The notes below the pieces were generated by a model. That model was given only the letters and a program-made list of their open reading frames with translations. It was not told where the DNA came from and made no database searches. DNA of 64,000 nt from Epithemia pelagica (taxonomy: Eukaryota > Protista > Bacillariophyta), in contig OX337231.1 of the NCBI GenBank assembly GCA_946965045.2, forward strand, positions 3,844,001 to 3,908,000. The letters are read 5' to 3'. Position numbers and translations under genes: made by a program. Each line of letters starts with the position of its first letter. Position 1 is the first letter of the stretch. This document shows, piece after piece, positions 54,400 through 64,000 of this stretch.

Positions 54400-57300
54400 A
54401 TGTCGTCGTCGTCCTTTGTATGGAAACATCATCCGGCATCCTTGTTTCACTATTCGGCATCTGCGGATGGAAATCATGTACAGCATCCGCATTCTCGAAT
54501 CAGTAAGAATCGACCCAAGGCCTGGAAAACGACGACGACGACCGTGTCTTCTCCTCCTTCTCTCGACAAGACAAACAAGAAGAATGCAACTCGGGACGAA
54601 CCACTCCCAAAGAATATCTCTGCCACCCTGTATTCGCGTCCACCGACCCCACGATCGAGTTATGCCGCTACTATTAGTACCACGGAAACGACACCCGATT
54701 CTACCTGGGCTTCCCCCTCCACCTCGTCTTCCTTGGAGGAACCATCACTGGAGAATGACGACCATCGCATGTCCATGACGACGCCTAGGACTGGAACGAC
54801 CAGGGATGGTGCCCATTCCTCGTCGTCGTCGACAGTGTCTCCCTCTCCATGGGCTGTGACACGGCCCAATCCAACCTTTTCGATTGAGGACGACAAGCCA
54901 GACAGACCAGCCAACGAAAAATCCATTGTGGCAACAAGACAACAACAACAACACAATGCCTCCGTGGCCAAGGTTTTGTTTCCCGAAAACGAACAAGAAG
55001 AAGAGGATCGAAACCAGGACGACGATGAAGACAACGACAAGTACAGTGAAGTGGATCAGATTTGGGAGGGAGTGGATACCATGAATACAACTACCACGAA
55101 TCGTGCTTCTTCTCGTTCAACCCACCATGAAACGACATCCGCCATGCGACCAAGGAATGGGACGCTGCTCCATCAGTCATCTTTGCAAACAAGGCACTAC
55201 CCTTCACGTCCCCATTATGCATTCCAAGATGAAGATCTTGCGAAAATGTCGGAGCCTCTTTCGATTCAGGCACGACGCAAGGCATTGGGAGATGCAGCAG
55301 CAGAGGAAGAGGAAGACTATGAGGATGAAGAGAATCATGTATCCTCTTCCGAAGAAGATGACTTGGTCTATTATCAACCTTCGCATGGACGCCCAACAAC
55401 CACAACAACGGCTCTCTTGACCGTGTCCCCCAACGATGCCAGTAATTCCACCAATGACAATCAGGGAGATGAGGAGAATGAATTGGATCCCTTTGAACAA
55501 GTCTTGGGAATGCGTCCACGGCGACCGGCCAGTCGGCGGGGTTCCGGGACGGCAAAATCTTCGACGAGTGGAGCTTCCTCCACGGCTGTCACGAATAAGA
55601 CGTATGGAAATCCTTGTCATGCCATTCTTCCAACACCCAATTTTGCCGAATTGTTTCGAGTCTTTGAAAAGCCAACAGCAAGTGACGGTACTGCATCAAC
55701 CAATAATAGTACTGCAGCTGGTGGTGGGTTGCCGTCAGTGCGATCTCAAGCCTCGAAATGGTCGACGGCTCGACGTGCCGACGTCGATTCTCATCCAACC
55801 AAACCGGACATTCAGCAGTCACAAGCCACCAACGAGACGAAACCTCCAAGCAACGAGAAACAGGGCCAAGTGTCCTCATCCAGTCTGCCCCATTCCTTGT
55901 CGTCTTCCATGGTGAGTCGCATGTTTTCGGGTTGTCGTCCATCGGTGCCTCCTCCTCCGCCGCCACCACCTCCTCCTCTTCCCGCGGGACCGGCATTGTT
56001 GCGTCATGAAAGTTTGGCCATGACGGAACATTCCATCAATAGTTCCACCAGTACGGAAATTATCTCCAATACCACTGCCAAGAGAAACAACAACAACAAC
56101 ACCCATGGCGCAATGATGACTGTGGGAGCCAGTGTTCCCACGACAGCACAAGTTCAAGTCTTGCATCGTGAAATTGAAGCTCTCAAAACGATTATGCAAC
56201 AAGATTCCATCAAATTGGTTACCCTTCAAAGTCAATTGGAAACCTCACAGCAGAATGAAGCCCAATTGCGTCATGCATTGGAGCAGACGCAGCAGCAACA
56301 ACAACCACAAGATGGAGAATCGGACAAACCTCTCACCACGTCGTCTTTGAACAACAACAAGAACACTCCTGTCTTGCCAAACGCCATTGTCTCGGGATGG
56401 AATTCACGTCGGGCATTGGATTCCCTGCACGAAGATGTAGGACTTCTTCTCCAAGGCAACAATAAGGACCCAAGCTTGATTGACCATATGGACGACAATG
56501 AAGAACAAGAAATTGAGTTTGTTTCCTCGGAGTCGATCACACAGATTCGTGAGCAAGATATCTTTTCGAGCCTGGAACAAACGAACCATAATGACGACGA
56601 CGAAGATGATGACTTGACCAACGAACAAGAGGAGTACTACCTGCACCAGCTTATGCAGGAAAATGCACAACTCAAGGCCCGAGTCCGTGACTTGGAACAG
56701 TCGTCGAGCGTTGTGTTGGAAGTGGAAGTGCAACAAAAGGATGAGCCCATACAAGATGGGGGGAAATCACCACCAACCAGTGTCGCAGCAAACAATTGTG
56801 CAGCAATGGAGGCGGCTGAGAACAAGAGCACACAAGAGGACGGAGAAAATGCAATGGTCAAGAAGACGGCGCCTGAAGAAGTAAGGACCAACCAAACCGA
56901 CCCCTCTTGTGGAGCCCTGCAACAAGGAAGAGATGGAGTAACAGCATGGCCATTGTCATCGTCTTTGCAATCCTTGGTGCATTCCTTGGAACAGCGCTTG
57001 CGGACCGTCGAAGACGAAAATCAAAAGGTACGAAAATTGTTGCTCCAACAAGGACAAGCATCATTCGACACCAACGAGGAGACCCGCGCAACGGATCAAC
57101 CGGAGGATGAGATGGAAGTCAATGAAATGCAAAGCCTCAATCATGATTGGCAACTCAAGGATATACCGGAGGGCTCACAAGAAGATGCCGATGACAAGGA
57201 CAACGCCGATAACGAATCAGGGGCTGAATGTATTGAAGTGGTTCAAATGGGACCTCTTGCTCATGAAACCAACAACAAGGAATCAGAACATTCCAGTGAG

Positions 57301-57724
57301 GCTGGAGACTGTGCAGACACATTATCGTCTTCAGTCTGGGATCCTTTGTGCGATTGTTGGGCTCCGAAATCCACGACAACCCTGGAAGAACAAGAAGCCA
57401 ATAGCAATCCAACCAACCAAGTGGCGATTTTACCGCAAAACATGGGGAGTCGAGATTCTGAAAATCCTTCACCGGAACCCTTGGAGTCCCAGGTAGTTGA
57501 AACATGGCAGTGTCGTCCTCGTCGACGCCCCGCACTATTCCCAATACCCTAGCACCATGACCAAGAATCAGTTGGAAATGGAGGAGCACGACGATGACGA
57601 GGAGGACTATGAGAACGATGACCAGCTGAGTATGGATCTCTCGTACTCAGAAAATGAAAGTTCGACGGAAGATCCCGTAAGCTATCCTGTGTCTTCGGTG
57701 CATGCTTCCATTGAGCGCGTGTAG
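54400..57724 (+). CDS. Low-complexity coiled-coil protein, ~1080 aa, probably with a short 3' intron (57493-57571)
   Basis: 1050-codon ORF with heptad-like segments (VLHREIEALK..., LMQENAQLKARVRDLE). A phase-0 CAG|GTAG donor and CAG acceptor join it to an acidic terminal exon ending at 57724. Confidence 0.7.
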
Positions 57725-58601
57725 CTACCGTTGTTTGTGCAAAGAAGGCATGTCATGATATTCCCATGCTAAAACCCTTGATGGATATGAAACTGTTGTA
57801 TACTCAGATAAGGTCATTTCTATTGTAAACTCAACTATATTCATTGTACATGGTGTTGGCGCAAAAGCTCGCTTGTTGAGTTTTGTGGCGACGCATTGCT
57901 GCGGACCACGATTTCATGGTCCACCCGGGGCGACGACAAACTTTATTTAATGGGAACGGTTTCAACAGTAAGGTGAACACAAAGCATGACCAATGATCAG
58001 CCCCGTTGTCGAGCCGGTCAGGCATTCGGAAGTACCGCCAGCGCAGAGAGCGAGCCGAGACGCTGTCGAGCAAAAGAGGTGCAAAGGAGATCTTCTAGGT
58101 ACATCCCTCACCCTACCACCGGCCGACAGGAGGCCTGTTGTATTTCAATCGTGATGGTCTTTACGTTATTCCTACGCGCTTTTCCAATATGAGTGTTCAT
58201 GGAGAGTTATGGGTACTTGTCAGCGTGGTGGGTATCCTCGTCCTCGTGGTACATGTTTTGCTTGGAACGAATACCGCAGTGCATTGTAGTAAAAGTTCCA
58301 CACGAAAAGAAACGCAACACTTTTTGCTTGTATAAAATGGTGTATAAAATGGTTGCCGTGGAATAAGCACGCGAGAGAGAGAAAGAGAGAGATTCCTGCT
58401 GCGTTGTAGTCTTGGTTGGCCCACTGCTCGCACCTCATCGTCTGCCGTTGTGATTGTCATGGGAACCGCAAGGAAAGAATCAATACCCCATGGACTCTCT
58501 TGCCCTGGTAAAAAGTCGTCGTTTGGGATGAAAGATCCATTCACAAAACCTGTTGAAGCAGCAGCAGCACCAATGTGCTCGTTCACTTATTTATACTGGT
58601 A

Positions 58602-61394
58602 TTATTGTCTCTTTTTGAGTTCGAGATCAATGGATTTTCGAATTTGACCCAAATCGATGCTGACGGCGGCCCACCACGCCGACAAGACGATACACAAAAA
58701 GAGAAGGGGAGGACATCCCAAGACGAGTCGCGACGACGACGAGGATAATATGGTTCCAGTCTCTTCGTCCGTGTCGTCATCGGGTCCAATCAAGACATCG
58801 AGCAGTTTGTTGAGGGTCGATACCAAAAAGGCGGCACTGCCTCCACCCCATCGATTGGCCAGTGTATCGACGATTGGTTTGGCTTCGTATCGGGCTTCAT
58901 TGGACAAGCCTCGCCACAAACTTTCTCGGACTGGTTTGGCCACGGCCAAGTTCATAATTTTGCAACATTCATCCACAACCAAAAACACCACGAGATTGGG
59001 TGGTTGACCGTGACTGGTATGATGCCACCAGGCCAGGGCCAAGACACCGGCCAACCGAATGAGTGGCATGAGTGCCAAGGTACCACGGGGGCCACACAAT
59101 TGGGCCAAGAGCGCACCGGCGCCACTGGCTTGCAGGGCAAAAATGGCCACGGAGGATGCCATGTTGATATTGGCCAAAAAGGCCAAATCGGCCGCGGTAT
59201 TGGACGCCACCGCACTGGCTGTGGCATTTCGATTGGCCACCAAGGCGGCTCGTTGAAAACTGAGCAAGACTGTCGTACTGGCGTACAAGGCATTGTAGGT
59301 GAAAATCGCCATGAGAAAGCGGGACCGCAAAATGGTGGTCACACCCCGCAACAATCGTTGAAAAAAGGTATTGTCATTGAATTCGTCACTGGTCGACGGT
59401 GACGTCTCCTTGTTGTTGTTGTGTTCGGCCGTACTCTTGTGGGAAGACACAGATGCTGCCGTACTATTACGGAGTGGCGAGGAGTGTGTCGACGACACCA
59501 AGACACCTGGTGATGAAGGAGACGAAGAAGAAGTGGCATCGGTGGACGACGACATGGATTTGAGATCAGTAGCCGATCGTACTCGATTCAAAGAATTTCC
59601 CGAAGCGACTCGTTTCATGCTACCCAAGGATACGGTCCGTCGAATACTGGTATCCAAGGGCATGGAGGACGATGATTGTTGTTGCTGTTGTTGTTGTTGT
59701 TGAAACAATTCTTCTTGTTGTTCGACCCAATGTTGTTGCATGATGCGGCCCAATTCAATGGACAATTCGGCCGAAATTTCCAACAAGACAGCCGCCAAAA
59801 CGAGCAAGCCCGAGAGATAAAGAATTTGCGCCAAGGTGGAAGCCAAGACACTGCCCAAAATACCTCCCAAGGTTCCACCAAATCCAATCAAGCCCAATCG
59901 TTGCAATCGAGTAATGGGTTTGGGGAACGTTGGAGTAGTAGTATTCGGATCCTTATCCGTCACTGGTTCTGCTTGTGCTTGTTGTTTTTGCCGTGCGACA
60001 TCTTCGTATTCCATGGCTTCGGTGGTGACACCCCAGACAAGACTGAGGGAATGCAATTTCATTAAATGAACGACGAGGAAAAAGGCAATGTACAATCCTT
60101 GTCGCATCATGGATACCATGGTTGTCACATGAGGGACCATGGACAAGACGGTGGAGACCCATTCATGAAAGGCATTTTCATTCGGTGCTTCTTGTTCGTG
60201 CAATAATCGTTCCTCTTGCGGAGCATCCATCATCATGGCGGAGTTTGCCGTACTATTGTTGTTGTTGTTGGTTGTCGTCCGTAATACTGTGGTATGGATC
60301 CATTCGAGGAGTGGGAATCCAATGGCATAGGAAATGAGAATGAGGGCAAAGCATCGATAAAAGAGTGCCAACGAGGTTCCTTGCGTTTCGCCACGGGTCA
60401 AACCCATGCGTTTCCAAACCAATCGTCGGCTGGGATCCGGTGCTTCAAAGAGCCATCCAATGGGGACACTGGAACAAAAGGCCAATACCGTACTGGCCAA
60501 GGTTAATTGCGGCATGGCATCCACACCCACCGCCAAGGCAATGGCATCGCGCATCGGTGTCAAGACGTACGTGGCACACGTGACATGGAGCAAGGCCCAA
60601 AACCCAATCCAGGTGGCGGAGGCCATGGCACGACTGTGTACATGACAGTCCCAGTGCAACCAATGCAACGACACATATTCCAAACAATGCGTCACTGTGT
60701 AGAGTGGAACAAAGTACACCGACGACGGCGACGGCGACGGCGACGACGAGGATTTGAGGAAGGGTGATGCGGGTGTTGAATGATTTGTTTGGGAATTGCG
60801 ATCCCTCTCGTCGTGTAGATTGGTATAGTCTTCTTCTTCTTCTTCTTCAAAATCCCCTTCTGGTGCTTGTCCTATTCCTCCTCCGCCTCGAACTCGCAAG
60901 GCGTACGGAGAACGGGGTGGCGATTTTTGTCGAGCAACCGTAGGTGGTTGTTGTGGTTGGTCTTCTTCTTCGAGAATGGTGGAAGGATATTGATTCCGAG
61001 CATACCACGATGCGTTCAATGTTGTGGTCGACACCCACGCCAGCGACGACGACGAATGGGCATTGTCGGATACTCGTTCCATTGGTATTGGTCCACTCAA
61101 AACGTTTGAGCCATTCGAATGGTTGTGTTCTTCTTCTTCTTGGATGGGACCACCAAGGGCCATCCGTATCGAGCTACTACTACTACTGCTACTGCTGCTT
61201 CCACTTTCGGGAGAAATGCTATCGCTGTTGTTGTTGGCATGGTCGGTTGTGGATGTGGACCAAAAGGACTGTGGCACCGAACTTGTCGTCGTCGTCCAAC
61301 CAGAGGATGGTAGTGGTGGTGAAGAGTCTTGTGTTTTATCATCATTTTCTTCTCGTCGGAACGGATCCTTGGAGGAAAACGAAGAAACAGGCAT
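58602..61394 (-). CDS. NTT: TLC/NTT-family nucleotide (ATP/ADP) transporter with a long low-complexity N-terminal extension
   Basis: 930-aa ORF from ATG with VLTPMRDAIA, LVWGVTTE, IGFGGTLGGILGS and AKPVRESLW..LSNEARYEAKPIVDTLANRWG; about 12 hydrophobic segments. Confidence 0.85.
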   Translation of the reverse strand: MPVSSFSSKDPFRREENDDKTQDSSPPLPSSGWTTTTSSVPQSFWSTSTTDHANNNSDSISPESGSSSSSSSSSSIRMALGGPIQEEEEHNHSNGSNVLSGPIPMERVSDNAHSSSSLAWVSTTTLNASWYARNQYPSTILEEEDQPQQPPTVARQKSPPRSPYALRVRGGGGIGQAPEGDFEEEEEEDYTNLHDERDRNSQTNHSTPASPFLKSSSSPSPSPSSVYFVPLYTVTHCLEYVSLHWLHWDCHVHSRAMASATWIGFWALLHVTCATYVLTPMRDAIALAVGVDAMPQLTLASTVLAFCSSVPIGWLFEAPDPSRRLVWKRMGLTRGETQGTSLALFYRCFALILISYAIGFPLLEWIHTTVLRTTTNNNNNSTANSAMMMDAPQEERLLHEQEAPNENAFHEWVSTVLSMVPHVTTMVSMMRQGLYIAFFLVVHLMKLHSLSLVWGVTTEAMEYEDVARQKQQAQAEPVTDKDPNTTTPTFPKPITRLQRLGLIGFGGTLGGILGSVLASTLAQILYLSGLLVLAAVLLEISAELSIELGRIMQQHWVEQQEELFQQQQQQQQQSSSSMPLDTSIRRTVSLGSMKRVASGNSLNRVRSATDLKSMSSSTDATSSSSPSSPGVLVSSTHSSPLRNSTAASVSSHKSTAEHNNNKETSPSTSDEFNDNTFFQRLLRGVTTILRSRFLMAIFTYNALYASTTVLLSFQRAALVANRNATASAVASNTAADLAFLANINMASSVAIFALQASGAGALLAQLCGPRGTLALMPLIRLAGVLALAWWHHTSHGQPPNLVVFLVVDECCKIMNLAVAKPVRESLWRGLSNEARYEAKPIVDTLANRWGGGSAAFLVSTLNKLLDVLIGPDDDTDEETGTILSSSSSRLVLGCPPLLFLCIVLSAWWAAVSIDLGQIRKSIDLELKKRQ

Positions 61395-61988
61395 TCTTCT
61401 TGGTATAGAATATATTATAGTTCTCGATCACAAATGTCCCAGCACTGTTGGCTCTCTCCACAGTACTACCACCTAAAATAGAATAGAGCGACTCTTGGAT
61501 GGCCTTGTTTCTTGTGAATTACGCTCTCTCTCGTTCTCTTGGTTGGACGAACAAATAGAGGAACCTTTTGTTGTATCTCGAGAAGTAAACCCACAACGAA
61601 ACCAAACGAAACAAAGAAGAACAAACCACAGGACTGATGAAAAGCGAGTGTTCTGTTTGATGGCTTGGATACGTCGTCGTCGTCGTCGTCGTGGTCTGGT
61701 GGTCGCGGTCCCGAGTGAGAACCCGACCAGCGAACCCCGCAGCTTTCGTTGCGTGTTCGGTGGAGATGCGAGGGACAGACGTTGAAAAGTCTTACACGTG
61801 GAACCTATGCCCTGCTGAGAAAAAAGGACGCCGACGAAAAGGTATCTCTACCTAGGTAGTCTCTCACCAAACTCTTTTAGAGTTCGATGAAAGGAACAGC
61901 CTTTTGTCCTTGCTTGTGTCTCTTCCAACCAATCGTGTTCCATTGGAGGATTCGTCTCTCTACTATACGTATAGTTGTTTGTCTAGTT

Positions 61989-62932
61989 TTATTCCGATGG
62001 TTGTTGTTGTTGATAATCGGCAATGGCTTGGGTCAATTGTTCCATGGCCTGACAGGCTTCTTGGGCTTGTTCGACCAAACATTCTTGATCGAGGGGTGGG
62101 AGTGTGGCGGCTTGAACATTGGAGGCGGCCACTTCTTCGACTGTCTCCCACGCCAAGGTGGCCTCGGTCGACTCGACACCATGATCGGCCGTGGCTTGTT
62201 TGGCGGCCTGTAAGGCTTGCGACAATTGCGCTTGGACGGCGGGGGAATCGACGGCCGTGGCGGCTTGCACACCGAGTTTCAAGGCACTCAAGTCTTGCGA
62301 CAAGGTTTGGAGTTGCGCCAAGGGGGTTTGATACTCTTGAATCAAGCGTTGCAATTCGGCCATTTTGGAATCGTATTCACGACAGGCTTCATTCACATCG
62401 TCCACCAAACATTCTTGATCCAAGCCGCCCTTGGTCGCTTCACTATTATGAAGAATAATACCATACATACGAAACAACAAGAAGACGAATCCAAGAACAA
62501 AAGGACAGACGACGACAACAAAGTGTAGATTATAGAATCGAAAACCACGCACACACCGAGAAAAAACCAGAAAGGATGGGAGCAAAAACAATTGTGAGTG
62601 AGTTCGACAAGGAGATAGAGAAAGAAAGATCATCCATCCAGGTCCTCCTTCGCATGGCAGTCCCTGAACCGCATCCTTGGTCCAACGCGTACGTACCTAT
62701 TGTCGGCTCCAAATTGCAATTCTTCCACCACTTCCCACGCCGCTTGAGCTTGTTGTGAAGTGGGACCAAATTCTTTCGAGGCAGCCATGGCAGCTTCCAT
62801 GGCTGCTTGTTGCGAGTCGACCATGAACAGTCGACTATTGGACGTCGTCGTTGTTCCCACCATAAAGGCCGGCACGGTCTCCATCGTCGCCAACAAAAGG
62901 GACGAAGCAAGGGTCCACTGGAAAATCTTCAT
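61989..62932 (-). CDS. CP12: CP12-domain protein, plastid-targeted (bipartite presequence), 229 aa, 2 exons
   Basis: Exons 62932-62697 and 62442-61989, with a phase-2 GTACGT..TAG intron and 690 nt in frame. Signal peptide ends VPA|FMV; motifs AWEVVEE and AWETVEE; two LDQECLV...EAC cysteine pairs. Confidence 0.88.
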
Positions 62933-63444
62933 GGCGGTAAATCGAACAAGAAAAAAGACAGTCAATATAGATTCTTGGAAAGAGCGCTTTCGGTTTATGG
63001 TTTTCTGTTTTCTCGACAACCAACATGAACAATCTCCTTGGCACAACCAAACCCACAAAGATTCGCATCTCCCCACTCCCCACATGCGTGTCTTTTTGGA
63101 GGCAAGTATTCCATCTGGTGTGCGTCACCGCTTTGCGTTCCACGATTGTTCTTTTCGTTCCTTCGTCATCTGGATGCGCTGCTTCGGGGCACTGCCCCCA
63201 GGGCGTATGGGTCGCGCGTACGAGCTACCCATCCCCCACAAAAACTACTCGTCCTACTCCTATAACAAAACCGAACGTCCGTGTCAATCCTCTCTACTCG
63301 TATAGTTAAAAATCATTTCGGAGTTTTAAAAAGCTCGTGGGTCGTGGGTCCACCCAAAAAAATCCTGTTCCAAAAAGTAAATTGTAAAATCGCTCCACAG
63401 GGGTAGTGCAAGTAGAATGGCTCTCTCTTGTAATAGAGACTCTT

Positions 63445-63999
63445 TCAAGCAGCGGCATCGTCCTCTTCGTCAAAAAGGGCATCCATCTCGTGCGGATCCA
63501 TGGGTGCCATTAGGTCCGACAGGAGAACAGAGGAGGAGGACGACGACGCCGTACCAGTAAACGTAGATTCCTCCGTGATTTGTCGCTGGAGCACCGGAGC
63601 ACTGGCCACTGTCCCCTCGTGTGTCGTAGTACTCGTCGTGCTGGGTCCTCCTCGTAGTAGCATGGGTCCTCCTCCGGTGGGTGTTGGTAGTGTCGTCGGG
63701 GTAGCAGCCGCAACAACACGTTCCATATTCCTCGTAGTCTTGTTCGGTCCCTGTCTCATCCTAGACAGAGTCGGTGGTGGTTGCTGTAACACCCCCAAGG
63801 GTGGCAAAGAAGACATAGTGGCCACACTTGGTGTAGATGTCGTGGCAATCACTCCGCGGTCTTGGTCCTCCTGCACGAGTGTCGTCGTCATCGTCTTTGA
63901 AGGTCTCTGCTGCATCCCCACCATCCAATGAATGCTCCCACCACTCTTCGTCGCCTCGTTGTCGTTTCGAGTGTCTTGTTTTGTTTCTGCTTCGTCCTG
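63445..63999 (-). CDS. 3' part of a low-complexity hypothetical protein that begins beyond the window
   Basis: The frame of ORF 63445-63924 stays open to the window edge; the C-terminus is acidic (DALFDEEDDAAA*). Confidence 0.6.
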   Translation of the reverse strand, partial: QDEAETKQDTRNDNEATKSGGSIHWMVGMQQRPSKTMTTTLVQEDQDRGVIATTSTPSVATMSSLPPLGVLQQPPPTLSRMRQGPNKTTRNMERVVAAATPTTLPTPTGGGPMLLRGGPSTTSTTTHEGTVASAPVLQRQITEESTFTGTASSSSSSVLLSDLMAPMDPHEMDALFDEEDDAAA

Positions 64000-64000
64000 C

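Overview
This is eukaryotic nuclear DNA, most likely from a pennate diatom: short GT-AG introns, a CP12 gene with a signal peptide plus 'AF' plastid motif, an NTT transporter, and many poly-Q/N/T tracts. Bases ~1-45.7 kb form a duplication and rearrangement hotspot in which four families recur in direct and inverted copies. (1) Six helicase-associated (HA)-repeat genes plus a 5' stub; splicing them by hand reveals mitochondrial-type presequences that the ORF track misses. (2) Six copies of an N-terminal-to-SelD-type FAD oxidoreductase, only one intact. (3) A PARP-like ADP-ribosyltransferase (ART) gene, a degenerate paralogue and remnants. (4) A TLDc gene and an internally deleted copy. The HA genes are mosaics of each other and differ in repeat number (4 vs 5 in the intact copies). 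They also differ in intron number (1 vs 3), which traces to triplication of a ~169-bp exon-intron-exon segment that created 75-nt phase-symmetric micro-exons. A 531-bp hAT-type MITE (15-bp TIR, 8-bp TSD) truncates the first gene. Bases ~46-64 kb are single-copy genes: DedA/VTT, TenA, an ABC half-transporter, a coiled-coil protein, NTT, CP12 and a partial ORF. All family assignments come from motif recognition by eye; no database search was run.
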